A DNA stretch of 64,000 nucleotides from a virus (taxonomy: Duplodnaviria > Caudoviricetes), in the IMG/VR virus record IMGVR_UViG_3300021400_000491, positions 19,271 through 83,270 of that record; one strand, 5' to 3'. Positions 18,274 to 27,945 of this stretch are shown here, one piece after another. The translations under genes and the position numbers were made by a program. The notes beneath the pieces are model-generated. The model was given only the letters and a program-made list of their open reading frames with translations. It was not told the origin of the DNA and did no database searches. Numbering within the stretch: the first letter of the stretch is position 1; every line of letters begins with the position of its first letter.

Positions 18274-18343
18274 ATTTGTGCAAATTTGCACAAATTCGTA
18301 TTGACTGATACGATAAATAGATTTACAATCGTATTAGATACGA
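18273..18343 (+). promoter_or_regulatory. 24-bp perfect palindrome, promoter TTGACT-17-TACAAT and ATCGTATT operators
   Basis: AATTTGTGCAAATTTGCACAAATT 18273-18296; -35 at 18301, -10 at 18324. Confidence 0.75.
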
Positions 18344-18389
18344 GAAAAAGTATCTAACCCAACGATATATAGACATGGAGGCATTTTTT

Positions 18390-19394
18390 ATGAAAACAGA
18401 CGGCTCTGACGCACAGAACAGACAAGTTGCGACACAGACACAGCAGAAGCAGGGAACTTTGAGGGATTGGCTGGAAGTTCAGCAAAAAAGGGTTGCTTCA
18501 TCAATTCCAGCTGGAACGGTAAGCCTTGAAAGGTTTATGGAGAGCGTGAAATTCGCTATCTTAGACCCTAAAAATCCGCTCTTGCGTACTTGTGACAAGG
18601 AAAGTTTGCAGCGTTCTATTGCACAGGCAGCAAATTACGGTTTGGAACCGGGCGGAGTTTTAGGACAGGCTTATTTTATCCCATACAATGAATCTGTCAA
18701 GTTGCCAAACGGACAGTGGCAGAAAGTTATGACCTGCCATTTTCAGATTGGTTATAAGGGATTGGTTGAACTTGCCAGACGCTCAAAGACAATCAAGACT
18801 ATCGCCGCAGAACCTGTATATGCCAATGATGAATTCGAGTGTGAATTGGCAAGCGGACGGAGCATACACCATAAAATCAACATCTTCAAAGACCGAGGCG
18901 AAGTTGTAGCTTATTACTGTCTTGTTGAACTTACAAACGGCGGTGAGCAATTCGCAATCCTTACAAAATCAGACGCAGAGAAATTCCGCGATAAGTATTC
19001 AAAATCTTATGTCATGGCAAAGAACAGCGGCAAAGGGCTTGAAGAAAATAATTGGGTGAAGAACTTTGACGCAATGGCTTTGAAAACTTGCGTTATTAAA
19101 GCTCTTAAACTCTGTCCTATCAGCATTGAAACATTGCGGGCAGTCCAGACAGAAGAAAGCGGAGATTACAACGATACAGCCGTTGAAGTTAATCCAGAAG
19201 CTGAAACTGTTACCTATTCGGTAAGTGAAGAGCCTAGTCAGATTGCAGCTCCTGCACAGACAGAAGAGCCTGCACCTAGCGATTTGGCACAGGAAGCACT
19301 TGAAAGTGGAATGTCCGTTGAAGATGAAGCTGCAATGAACGCCGCTTTTGATTCAATGCCACCACAGGCACAAGACCCTAGTGAGATATTCTAA
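18390..19394 (+). CDS. recT: RecT-family single-strand annealing protein
   Basis: GLEPGGVLGQAYFIPY, FQIGYKGLVELARRS, MALKTCV. Confidence 0.93.
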   Translation: MKTDGSDAQNRQVATQTQQKQGTLRDWLEVQQKRVASSIPAGTVSLERFMESVKFAILDPKNPLLRTCDKESLQRSIAQAANYGLEPGGVLGQAYFIPYNESVKLPNGQWQKVMTCHFQIGYKGLVELARRSKTIKTIAAEPVYANDEFECELASGRSIHHKINIFKDRGEVVAYYCLVELTNGGEQFAILTKSDAEKFRDKYSKSYVMAKNSGKGLEENNWVKNFDAMALKTCVIKALKLCPISIETLRAVQTEESGDYNDTAVEVNPEAETVTYSVSEEPSQIAAPAQTEEPAPSDLAQEALESGMSVEDEAAMNAAFDSMPPQAQDPSEIF

Positions 19395-19405
19395 GGCGGT
19401 AGGGA

Positions 19406-20200
19406 ATGAAAGTCACAGGCTATTTTCACGGCATACTTTTCAAAGATAACTCAATTATTTTAAGACCGAGTGATAGCCGTGACTTAATCCCTATTAGAAA
19501 GGTTTTCAAAAGCAAGAAAGACCGGGAAGAAAGAAGCGGACTTGAAATCCTTTTGAGGTGTGAAATTGACGCACCTTTACAGAAACGGAGCATAAAAGAA
19601 TTAAACACGGCTTGGAAGCTGATTTCAATTATTTATGAATCAATGGAAGGTCGGCGCGGAACGGACGAAGAACTTTATAGCTTGTATGAAGATTTGCTGA
19701 CCGAATACGCCGAAAAGACACCTTGCACACTGTACCCGAACAGATTACGCCCGGTACGGTTGAGCGAAGCAAACACGGTACAAGCTGCAACTTTCATTGA
19801 CGGCTTGATTTATCACCTGTGTATGCTTTGCGACTTGAAGCAGGATTTACAGGCTGATGTACGAATGGTTATTTACGAATTCGAGGAATGGCGGGGAAAG
19901 CAGAAAGAAGATTTTACCGCCACAATGACAGAATCGAAGTGGAGAGAAAGGGCGGTTTATTCCGAAGCGAGCGGAATAGGAACAGATATAGACCTTCATC
20001 ACATGATGGGAAAGGGAGCGCACGAGATTTTACGGAATGACCCGGAAAATTGGATTGCGTTAAACCGTGTGGAGCATGACGAATTCCACAACGAAGGGGA
20101 AGAAAAGTTTTTGCAGAAATACCCGCACTTAAAGGGGCGTTTCGAGCATATACATAAAAAGGCGGCGAGCCTTTACGAAGATAAAAGAAATTTGGGGTGA
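19406..20200 (+). CDS. Hypothetical protein with C-terminal HNH-like motif
   Basis: DLHHMMGKGA...NWIALNRVEHDEFH. Confidence 0.6.
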   Translation: MKVTGYFHGILFKDNSIILRPSDSRDLIPIRKVFKSKKDREERSGLEILLRCEIDAPLQKRSIKELNTAWKLISIIYESMEGRRGTDEELYSLYEDLLTEYAEKTPCTLYPNRLRPVRLSEANTVQAATFIDGLIYHLCMLCDLKQDLQADVRMVIYEFEEWRGKQKEDFTATMTESKWRERAVYSEASGIGTDIDLHHMMGKGAHEILRNDPENWIALNRVEHDEFHNEGEEKFLQKYPHLKGRFEHIHKKAASLYEDKRNLG

Positions 20201-20209
20201 CAGGTAAAA

Positions 20210-20851
20210 ATGACAAGAGAGATACCATTGAGCCGGATTCTTTACGGCACGAATGTCAGAAGCGAGCGTGACGAAGATATTATCGAGCTTGCAAAGAGCA
20301 TTGAAGCACATGATATTTTACAGCCTTTAGTTGTAAGACCAAAGGGCAATAAGTATGAAGTTATTTGCGGACACAGACGGCTTAAAGCCTTGCAGCTTGT
20401 CGGCGGTGATATTTCTGTACCTTGCATTATCCGTGAGGATATTCCAGATTCAGAAGTTATCAAAGTTCAGCTTGAAGAGAATATTCAGCGTAAGCAAATG
20501 AGCGCGATTGAACTTGTAGAAGCGTTTGACAAGATTAAGGCACAAAGCCGGTTAAAAGTTACGAATGAACGGCTTGCCACAATGCTGAACAAAAGCGTTA
20601 GTTGGGTTTTGAATCAGTATTATGCGGTAAAGAACATTGAAAAAGTATATGGCGACAACGGCAAGGAGTATGTGAGAAAAAATCACATCGCTGCTGGAAA
20701 GATTATCGGTGACTTGCAGAAAAAGAATCGGGAAGGCACAAAGATTCAGAAAAACGGTTTTACCATTGAACATAACGGAAAGACTATCACAGTCAAATGT
20801 GAGAGCGTTGATGTGGTGAATTATGTTGTCGCAGAACTTAAAAAAATCTAA
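20210..20851 (+). CDS. ParB/Spo0J N-terminal domain protein
   Basis: ILQPLVVR...YEVICGHRRLKA, LEENIQR. Confidence 0.9.
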   Translation: MTREIPLSRILYGTNVRSERDEDIIELAKSIEAHDILQPLVVRPKGNKYEVICGHRRLKALQLVGGDISVPCIIREDIPDSEVIKVQLEENIQRKQMSAIELVEAFDKIKAQSRLKVTNERLATMLNKSVSWVLNQYYAVKNIEKVYGDNGKEYVRKNHIAAGKIIGDLQKKNREGTKIQKNGFTIEHNGKTITVKCESVDVVNYVVAELKKI

Positions 20852-20862
20852 GGGGAATTGAT

Positions 20863-21480
20863 ATGTCAGAAGAAAAGCCGATTGAGAAGCCTAGAGCCGT
20901 AAAGCTCGTTTACAATCTGAATGATGATTACAGGACACCGCGCTATCTTGTTTCGTGCCTTGATACATTCATCTTTGATTTTATGCAGCGTCATAACATC
21001 AACCGTAAATTGGTTGTGTACTGTCCTTTTGACACCGAAGAAAGCGAGTATGTACGCTACTTCAAAGAAAACGGCGCGGAAGTAATTCATGGGGATATAA
21101 AGACAGGGCAGGATTTCTTTGAGAATCCTATCCCAGAATGTGATTTAGTTATTTCAAATCCGCCTTTTTCACGAAAGCGAGAGGTTTTTTCTAAATTGTT
21201 TGCGGCTGGTATTCCGTTTGCTTTGTTAATGAATCTACAGGCAATGCAGTATCAAGAAATGGGGCAGTTGTTCTTTGAGGAACAGCAGAGAACGGAAGCA
21301 ATTCAGTTTATTATCCCGGATAAGAAAGTGTCTTTTGACGGTCATACATCGGCTTTTTGCAGCGGTTATTATTGCTGGAAGTTCGTTGAGAAAACATCAT
21401 TCGTACACCTTCCACATAACAATAGCGGGAAGTTTTATGTTCCGGCTTATTCACTTACAAAACAGGGAGATGTGCAATAA
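20863..21480 (+). CDS. Phage N6-adenine DNA methyltransferase
   Basis: YRTP, VYCPFDT, ISNPPFS. Confidence 0.85.
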   Translation: MSEEKPIEKPRAVKLVYNLNDDYRTPRYLVSCLDTFIFDFMQRHNINRKLVVYCPFDTEESEYVRYFKENGAEVIHGDIKTGQDFFENPIPECDLVISNPPFSRKREVFSKLFAAGIPFALLMNLQAMQYQEMGQLFFEEQQRTEAIQFIIPDKKVSFDGHTSAFCSGYYCWKFVEKTSFVHLPHNNSGKFYVPAYSLTKQGDVQ

Positions 21481-22340
21481 TGAAATGGTTTAAGCATGAT
21501 TCAGACGCAATGACAGACAGCAAAATCAGAAAGTTAATCTTGAAGCATGGGGCGGTAGGTTACGCCGTTTATTTTCACTGTTTGGAGCTGATAGCAAGCA
21601 GCGTCAGCGAAACAAACATCAATTTTGAGTTGGAGCATGACGCGGAAATCATAGCCGATGATTTGAAAATCAACGGAAGTGGAACGGAAAGCGGAGCGCA
21701 GATTGTTGAGAACATCATGCGCACCATTATTGACCTTAAACTTTTCGAGGAATCAGACGGTCACATCTTTTGCTTGAAGCTCTTGAAAAGGCTTGATACT
21801 TCCATGACTTCAAACAAATATTTCCGTACTTTGATTGCGGAAGCAAAAAGCGCAAGAACACCACAGGCACAAATTCCGGCTCTTGAAGCGACACAGACAG
21901 AAGAGCCGCAGCAGGAAGAAATACCTTACGAAGTCCAGACACCGGGCGAAGAACAGTTTTCTTATGCTCAGAAAGAATACGCAAAGAAAATCTTTGACTT
22001 ATGGAATGGAGCAGGGCTTCCTTGTCCTAAATCCGGCTACATTACATTTATGCTCTCTGATTTCAGACTGGCAGTAGCAGAGTTGCAGAAAGAAAAGCTG
22101 CACAGCAGTTCAGTTATTGCCGCCGTTGAGAACTACATCAAGGTTATGGAGCTGAAAAAAGCAGGTAAAACTTGGTGGAATGTCAAATACAGTTTTGATA
22201 ACTTTGCAAAGTTCAAGAACATAAAAAGATTCTTGCCGGACTATTTCGACATAACAGAATATCAAGACATGAAGAAAAAGAACGGTTCAGCGGTCGCACA
22301 ATCGGGAGCAGATTCTAGCGGCGAGGGGGTAGATTTCTAA
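21480..22340 (+). CDS. Replisome organizer / replication initiator (Lin1244-like N-terminus)
   Basis: MKWFKHDSDAMTDSKIRKLILKHGAVGYAVYFHCLE; upstream of DnaC-like gene. Confidence 0.8.
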   Translation: MKWFKHDSDAMTDSKIRKLILKHGAVGYAVYFHCLELIASSVSETNINFELEHDAEIIADDLKINGSGTESGAQIVENIMRTIIDLKLFEESDGHIFCLKLLKRLDTSMTSNKYFRTLIAEAKSARTPQAQIPALEATQTEEPQQEEIPYEVQTPGEEQFSYAQKEYAKKIFDLWNGAGLPCPKSGYITFMLSDFRLAVAELQKEKLHSSSVIAAVENYIKVMELKKAGKTWWNVKYSFDNFAKFKNIKRFLPDYFDITEYQDMKKKNGSAVAQSGADSSGEGVDF

Positions 22341-23107
22341 TGAGCGAAGAAGAAAAGAAAAACAAAGACCCTATAAAAACCGTGCCGGAAGTTATGAAGA
22401 ATGTTTTTGCGGGTATTACCGTTGCTTCTGATGAAGATATTGCGAAGCGTGAAGAAGAAATTCGCAAGTATGAAGAAGAGCAGAGAAAAGCAAGCCGGGA
22501 GCGCAATTTCTTGAACAGCGGAATAGCAGAGAAATTCGAAAATGTAGAACTTTCTGACATTCTGGAGGCAGGAATTGCAGAAATGAAAGACAAAGACGGA
22601 AACATCATCACAGATATAAATGTCTTTGAGAAGTTCATTTCTGACATTGCGGAAGGAAAGCCTAGAGGCTTGTGGCTTTGCGGAAAATATGGAACAGGAA
22701 AAAGCGTTTTTGCAATCGCTCTTATGCACGAGCTTTGCCGTCGTGGTGTTTCCTGTTCATACTTCAAAACACATGAAGTCATGCAGCGGCTTGATGATGT
22801 GAAATGGCATTTAAGCCATGAAACAAGAGCGGGAATTGTGAAAGAGCTTTGCAGCTCTGATTTTCGTATCTTTGATGAAATCGGGCGTTATCCAGATTCA
22901 AAGTGGGAGCAGTTTATCTTGTTTGATGTAACAAATAAATGTTACGAAAGCTATAAATCAATGCTCTTTATCTCAAATCTGACAAGAAACGAATTAGGCG
23001 AGTTTTTGGGCGGAGCTGCTACTGACAGATTCAAGGGTTTAGGAATGACTATTGAATTCAGCGGCAAATCGTTCAGAGGTTCGGAAAAAGAATTGTACAC
23101 AAAGTAG
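22340..23107 (+). CDS. DnaC/IstB-like helicase loader ATPase
   Basis: GKYGTGKS Walker A, IFDEIG Walker B, FISNL. Confidence 0.9.
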   Translation: MSEEEKKNKDPIKTVPEVMKNVFAGITVASDEDIAKREEEIRKYEEEQRKASRERNFLNSGIAEKFENVELSDILEAGIAEMKDKDGNIITDINVFEKFISDIAEGKPRGLWLCGKYGTGKSVFAIALMHELCRRGVSCSYFKTHEVMQRLDDVKWHLSHETRAGIVKELCSSDFRIFDEIGRYPDSKWEQFILFDVTNKCYESYKSMLFISNLTRNELGEFLGGAATDRFKGLGMTIEFSGKSFRGSEKELYTK

Positions 23108-23119
23108 GAGAATGAATAT

Positions 23120-23593
23120 ATGACAGACTTAAATCATGTTGTTTTGATTGGACGGCTTACTCGCGATTTAGGAAGCGATGAAAGAGATTTCGGCTATTTG
23201 CCTAACGGACAGGCAAGGGCAAATGTAAGTATTGCCGTAAACAGAAGCAAAAAACAGGGTGATGAATGGATTGATGAAGTTTCATACTTTGAAGTTGCAA
23301 TTTTCGGAAAGACCGCCGAAAACTTGAAGCCGTATCTTTTGAAGGGTAAACAAATCTGTGTAGACGGACACCTTAAGCAAGACCGCTGGAAAGACCAGCA
23401 GGGCAATAACAAAAGCAAAATCAGCATTGTTGCGGAAAATGTTCAGCTTTTGGGCGGCAAGAGTGAAGATACAACACAGAACGCGGGCGGAAATTATCAG
23501 CAGCAGTCTTTCACGCCGAAAGCAAACACACAGTATCAGACACCACCTGCACCACCAAGCGATGATGAATTCCCGGAAGATATTCCCTTCTGA
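23120..23593 (+). CDS. ssb: Single-stranded DNA-binding protein
   Basis: LNHVVLIGRLTRD...EDIPF tail. Confidence 0.96.
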   Translation: MTDLNHVVLIGRLTRDLGSDERDFGYLPNGQARANVSIAVNRSKKQGDEWIDEVSYFEVAIFGKTAENLKPYLLKGKQICVDGHLKQDRWKDQQGNNKSKISIVAENVQLLGGKSEDTTQNAGGNYQQQSFTPKANTQYQTPPAPPSDDEFPEDIPF

Positions 23594-23607
23594 TGTGAGG
23601 TTGGAGC

Positions 23608-23781
23608 ATGAAACTTGTTGAGCTTACAGGAAGATTACAGGCACTTTGTCATAACGGTTATTCACTTTCAGAAGTGAAGTTCAAAATCAACGGCGTGGAA
23701 TATACGCCGGAAGATGTGAAGCTGGTTTTTCCTTCCGAAGTCGTAAAGGGCGGAGAAATTACCGTAAAAATTGAGGGCTGA
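23608..23781 (+). CDS. Small hypothetical protein (57 aa)
   Basis: GAGG/GGAG RBS; manual translation MKLVELTGRLQ... Confidence 0.65.
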   Translation: MKLVELTGRLQALCHNGYSLSEVKFKINGVEYTPEDVKLVFPSEVVKGGEITVKIEG

Positions 23782-23785
23782 AATT

Positions 23786-23971
23786 ATGGAGATTCAGACA
23801 GACAGAAAAACATACAAGACTTTCAAGACGCTTCCATGCTGCTATAACTGTAAACACTCTTATTTCAGAATGGGTATTGCGCTTTATTGCAATAACCGCT
23901 CGGAGTGGATTAAAGAAGCGAGCGTAGAGCCGATAGGAACTTGTGACAGTTTCGAGGAAAAGAATGTTTGA
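23786..23971 (+). CDS. Small Cys-rich hypothetical protein
   Basis: CCYNCKH...C...C. Confidence 0.6.
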   Translation: MEIQTDRKTYKTFKTLPCCYNCKHSYFRMGIALYCNNRSEWIKEASVEPIGTCDSFEEKNV

Positions 23972-24167
23972 CAAGAAAATAAAAGAGCATTGCGGAAACT
24001 GTGTTTCTTTTCTGACTGATGAAGATGATAAAGGCAATGTTACGGAATTTCACCATGACAGGAATAAAGATTGCGGATTTTGTGCCATGCGGGATTTGTT
24101 CTACACGGTGCAAAATGATTCAGAGCCTTGCGATAGCTGGGTGCATGACGGAGAAAAAGAGGAATGA
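23964..24167 (+). CDS. Small Cys-rich hypothetical protein
   Basis: CGNC...C...PCDSW. Confidence 0.6.
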   Translation: MFDKKIKEHCGNCVSFLTDEDDKGNVTEFHHDRNKDCGFCAMRDLFYTVQNDSEPCDSWVHDGEKEE

Positions 24168-24547
24168 ACAAAAACGAATTCGTAAAAGAGATAAAGAAAC
24201 TTGATAAATCATGCTTTTATCTTGTGACTGTAGATGAAAGTTATGATTTTCAGACAATGGCAAATATCGCAGATATACTTGATAAACAGGGTATAAAATC
24301 TGTTGTCATGCCTAAAAACATCAACTTCAAAGAATTGCCTGCAGAAAGCAAAGATGAACTTCTTGAATACATTAAGCGTGAAATCGGAATCAAAGACGGC
24401 TTCGATGTTGCGCTTACTCCAGAACAAGAGCGTTGTAGAAACTGTTTGAATTGGGGCGGCAGGGAATGTACAGCAAAAGGAATTTGCGTAAAAGGCAGCG
24501 AGTATGTACAGAGAATCAAATTCAAAAAGGCGGTTCAGCATGAATAG
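24164..24547 (+). CDS. Hypothetical protein
   Basis: ATGA overlap; C-terminal CRNC..C..C. Confidence 0.7.
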   Translation: MNKNEFVKEIKKLDKSCFYLVTVDESYDFQTMANIADILDKQGIKSVVMPKNINFKELPAESKDELLEYIKREIGIKDGFDVALTPEQERCRNCLNWGGRECTAKGICVKGSEYVQRIKFKKAVQHE

Positions 24548-24932
24548 CAGATTTGGAAGAGGCTTTTACAAAGGATATGTAAATCTTGATGCATTTCCCT
24601 TTAAGAAAAATAAATACGGTAACAGAAAAACAACGGTTGAAGGAATTACCTTCGATTCTGCAAAAGAAGCGAATCGTTACCGCGAGCTTAAAATGCTTGA
24701 AATTTCGGGGCTGATTTCTGACTTGAAGATTCAGCAGCGTTTTGAGATTGTACCGAAAGCGGGCGGGAATAAAAGAGCAAGGTTTTATGTCGCTGATTTC
24801 ACATATCTGGAAGGTGGAAAGAAAATCATTGAAGATGTGAAGTCCGAAATAACAAGAAAAAACCCTGTTTATACACTTAAAAAAGCGTTAGTGCTTTGGC
24901 AATATCCAGATTGGATATTTCGGGAATCTTAG
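24540..24932 (+). CDS. DUF1064-family putative PD-(D/E)xK nuclease
   Basis: NKYGNRKTTVEGITFDSAKEANRY...YVADF...EDVKS. Confidence 0.88.
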   Translation: MNSRFGRGFYKGYVNLDAFPFKKNKYGNRKTTVEGITFDSAKEANRYRELKMLEISGLISDLKIQQRFEIVPKAGGNKRARFYVADFTYLEGGKKIIEDVKSEITRKNPVYTLKKALVLWQYPDWIFRES

Positions 24933-24961
24933 TCATATTTTAGGTGGAAAGTATGAAAAAT

Positions 24962-24990
24962 TTGCAAACTTTGACATAATAGGTTATAAA
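24962..24990 (+). promoter_or_regulatory. Promoter at start of late/packaging operon
   Basis: TTGCAA-17-TATAAA. Confidence 0.6.
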
Positions 24991-25056
24991 ATAAAAAAGA
25001 AAAACCCAACGAAGAAAACATAACGGTGATTCTGACCTAGCCGTATGGGGTGGATT

Positions 25057-25368
25057 ATGTCATATTCGTTGGATAAACTTGTAAAATCTCTTGAAAACCG
25101 CATACAGAAAATTGACAGCGGTTATATAAAACTCGGATTTGAAAGCGGAAAACTTGTAGCCGCTGCACAATACAACAATCCCACAGAAGAAGAAAGAAAA
25201 TACCCTGTTGTCAAAGAGGGCTTTTCACTTGCGGAAGAACTGAAAGAAGCAAGCGTAAGCACTTTTTACGGCACTTTGGGCTTTGTCTTTTCTGGAAAGA
25301 AAATCACAAATTGCTATAAATCTCAATCATGGAAAGGCTCAACTTTGGAGCTTTTTATCGGGGGCTGA
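25057..25368 (+). CDS. Hypothetical protein with internal tandem repeat (DUF2292/YezD-like)
   Basis: GYIKLGFESGKLV and GTLGFVFSGKKIT. Confidence 0.6.
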   Translation: MSYSLDKLVKSLENRIQKIDSGYIKLGFESGKLVAAAQYNNPTEEERKYPVVKEGFSLAEELKEASVSTFYGTLGFVFSGKKITNCYKSQSWKGSTLELFIGG

Positions 25369-25370
25369 TT

Positions 25371-25556
25371 ATGCAATTATGCCCGAAATGCAGAAAAGAA
25401 ATCAGATATATTCCTGTCAATTTTGATGAAGTTGTTATGTGTGAAGCTGATGTAACAACAATCTACACAGAGCGTGGGCGGTGTGTGGAAGGGTATCAAC
25501 CGCATAAATGCAAGGAGCTGAACAATGCCAAGAGCGAAGAAAACAACAACGGCTGA
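25371..25556 (+). CDS. Small Zn-ribbon hypothetical protein
   Basis: CPKC...C...HKC. Confidence 0.6.
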   Translation: MQLCPKCRKEIRYIPVNFDEVVMCEADVTTIYTERGRCVEGYQPHKCKELNNAKSEENNNG

Positions 25557-26292
25557 AAAAGAACAGAAAGAAAAAAAGCCTCGCAAACCGACAAAGAAAA
25601 CAATTCCGGCAGAAGGTGAGCCGACAAACTTAGACATTGATTTGAACTCTTTTGATTGGGGCGAAGATTGCAAGCTGAACGACAGACAGAAGTATTTTGT
25701 TATCTGGTTCACATATCCAGGAAGGACATATCACAACGCTATGCAATCTGCAATAAAAGCAGGATATACCAAAAAGACGGCTAATGTTTTGTCGCCCGCC
25801 ATACGAAGAAACCCGGAAATTTCCGCACTCATTAAAAAGTTTGATGATATGTATGTCAGAGAATCGCTTGATGATTTCTACCACCGGGCAATAACTGACA
25901 AGATTGCAAGAGCGACTTTTGATGTAAACGATTTTCACGAAGTCAAGAAATACACGGACAAGGACGGCAACGAAAGGGAGTATTTAAGCATTAAAGACCC
26001 TTCGACACTTACGCCGGAGCAGAGAAAGTGTATTGACGGTGTAAAGTTCAACAATAACGGAACGCCAAGCTATGAATTCGCAAACAGAACGCACGAAATG
26101 GAAGTTTTGATGAAGCTGCACGAAATGGCAAGCGGCGAGAAGAAAAACACAGAGAGCGAAATGGAATTGACCATTGAGCAGATAAAAGACAAAGTGACCG
26201 CAAAGCTGAAAGTCATTCAGAAAAAGGACGAAGAAGAAGAGCTTGCGGGTAAATACATTGACGAGCCGGACAATTTGCTAGAGGAAGCGTAA
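25525..26292 (+). CDS. terS: Terminase small subunit
   Basis: LNDRQKYFV...SAIKAGY; directly upstream of terL. Confidence 0.8.
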   Translation: MPRAKKTTTAEKEQKEKKPRKPTKKTIPAEGEPTNLDIDLNSFDWGEDCKLNDRQKYFVIWFTYPGRTYHNAMQSAIKAGYTKKTANVLSPAIRRNPEISALIKKFDDMYVRESLDDFYHRAITDKIARATFDVNDFHEVKKYTDKDGNEREYLSIKDPSTLTPEQRKCIDGVKFNNNGTPSYEFANRTHEMEVLMKLHEMASGEKKNTESEMELTIEQIKDKVTAKLKVIQKKDEEEELAGKYIDEPDNLLEEA

Positions 26293-27945
26293 ATGTTTAC
26301 ACCCGATGAAAGATTGCGGTTTTGTTACACCTTTATGAAGTTCAATGAGCGTGATATTGATTTAGACTTCTGGCAAAACCGCTATATCCGCAGTATGTCA
26401 AGATTCTCTATTCTGGTAAAATCACGCCGTACAGGTTTTTCTTTTGTGACTTCCATGAAGGGAGTTGTCAAAGCGATAGACCCGGATAGAGTAGCATATA
26501 CAAAGCAGTTTGTTTCTTACAACGAATCGGACGCGGTAGAAAAAATAAACTATGCCGCGCAATTCTATGAATCTCTTCCGGGAAATGTACGGAAAGTATG
26601 CAAGACAAACAACAAGACAGAACTTGATTTTCTTGACAAAAACGGAAAGACAATAAGCCGTCTTATCTCTATTCCTTGTCGCCCGCCTCGCGGAAAGGGA
26701 GGCGATATTGCCCTTGATGAATATGCGATTTATTTACCGAAAATGTCAGACGCAGTTTATACGGCTGCATTACCTGTAATTTCTCGTGGTGGTTGTATCG
26801 AAATGGGAAGCTCACCACTCGGAAAAATCGGCAAGTTTTATGAAATCTATTCTGACAAAGAAACATATAAGAGTTACGAACGCTATAACATTCCGTGGTG
26901 GTTCTCTTCTGGCTTGTGTGTTGATGTTCCAATGGCGGTAAAGATTGCGCCGGAAATGACAACAGAAGAGCGTGTTTTCACTTTTGGTACTGACATCATC
27001 AAAGAGATTTACAACTCTATGGAGCTGGAAAAGTTTCAGCAGGAATATGAATGTCGGTTCATTGATGAAGCTGCAAGTTATATCCCGCTTGAATTGATTT
27101 ATGAAAACACTCCCGGACGCGATAACGAAGAAAAACTTATCGAAATGAGTAAAGATGAATCAATCACCGATGAAGAGTATTGGGAATACAACAGGGGCGT
27201 TGATTTTCAAGCGTACACTTCGGAAGATGAAGCGATTCTGCAATACAACAAAGAAATGCACGGTTCACCTTTATTTCTGGGCTTCGATGTTGCAAAACAT
27301 CGGGATGCTATGTCTATTTATTTAATCGGTATGAAGGGCGACAAAAAAAGAAGTTTTGCCCGGATTGAAAGAAAAGGCATGAGCTATGAGCAGCAGGGAG
27401 ATATTGCCGAAAAGCTCTTTAGAGAATTACCGATTTACCGTGGCGCAATCGACCGAACAGGTAGCGGCGATGGCGTTTATGAGCGGCTCTACAAGAAATT
27501 CGGGGATAAAATAGATGGTGTATATTTCACTCCACAAATGAAAGAACAGCTTGCAATCGAAGCAAAAAGGGGATTGGAACAACACGAATTCGCACTTGAA
27601 AACAACAAAGATTTTCACTCACAGATTCACAGTATTAAGCGCATGGACGCTGTAGGAAAGTATTTCAGATATGACGCAGAGCGAAACGAGAAAGGTCATG
27701 CAGATAGTTTCTGGGCATGGGCTTTAGCGAACTTTGCGAGCATGGACGCTAAAAAAATATCGTTCTACAAACAATATGCTAGTCAAAAAAGCAATACTGT
27801 GGTACAATCGGTAGTAGATTCTACGATAAATCGCACAGAAAACGAAGTAAAACCCATCGAAAAACGCGCCGAAGCTCTGACCCATAAGCGCGGAAAATCG
27901 CTTGATAGCGTTATGCGGGGTTTTACAAATGCTTGGAATAAATAA
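26293..27945 (+). CDS. terL: Terminase large subunit
   Basis: KSRRTGFS, ALDEYA, SSPLGK, FQQEYECRF, GFDVAK, HADSFWA. Confidence 0.95.
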   Translation: MFTPDERLRFCYTFMKFNERDIDLDFWQNRYIRSMSRFSILVKSRRTGFSFVTSMKGVVKAIDPDRVAYTKQFVSYNESDAVEKINYAAQFYESLPGNVRKVCKTNNKTELDFLDKNGKTISRLISIPCRPPRGKGGDIALDEYAIYLPKMSDAVYTAALPVISRGGCIEMGSSPLGKIGKFYEIYSDKETYKSYERYNIPWWFSSGLCVDVPMAVKIAPEMTTEERVFTFGTDIIKEIYNSMELEKFQQEYECRFIDEAASYIPLELIYENTPGRDNEEKLIEMSKDESITDEEYWEYNRGVDFQAYTSEDEAILQYNKEMHGSPLFLGFDVAKHRDAMSIYLIGMKGDKKRSFARIERKGMSYEQQGDIAEKLFRELPIYRGAIDRTGSGDGVYERLYKKFGDKIDGVYFTPQMKEQLAIEAKRGLEQHEFALENNKDFHSQIHSIKRMDAVGKYFRYDAERNEKGHADSFWAWALANFASMDAKKISFYKQYASQKSNTVVQSVVDSTINRTENEVKPIEKRAEALTHKRGKSLDSVMRGFTNAWNK

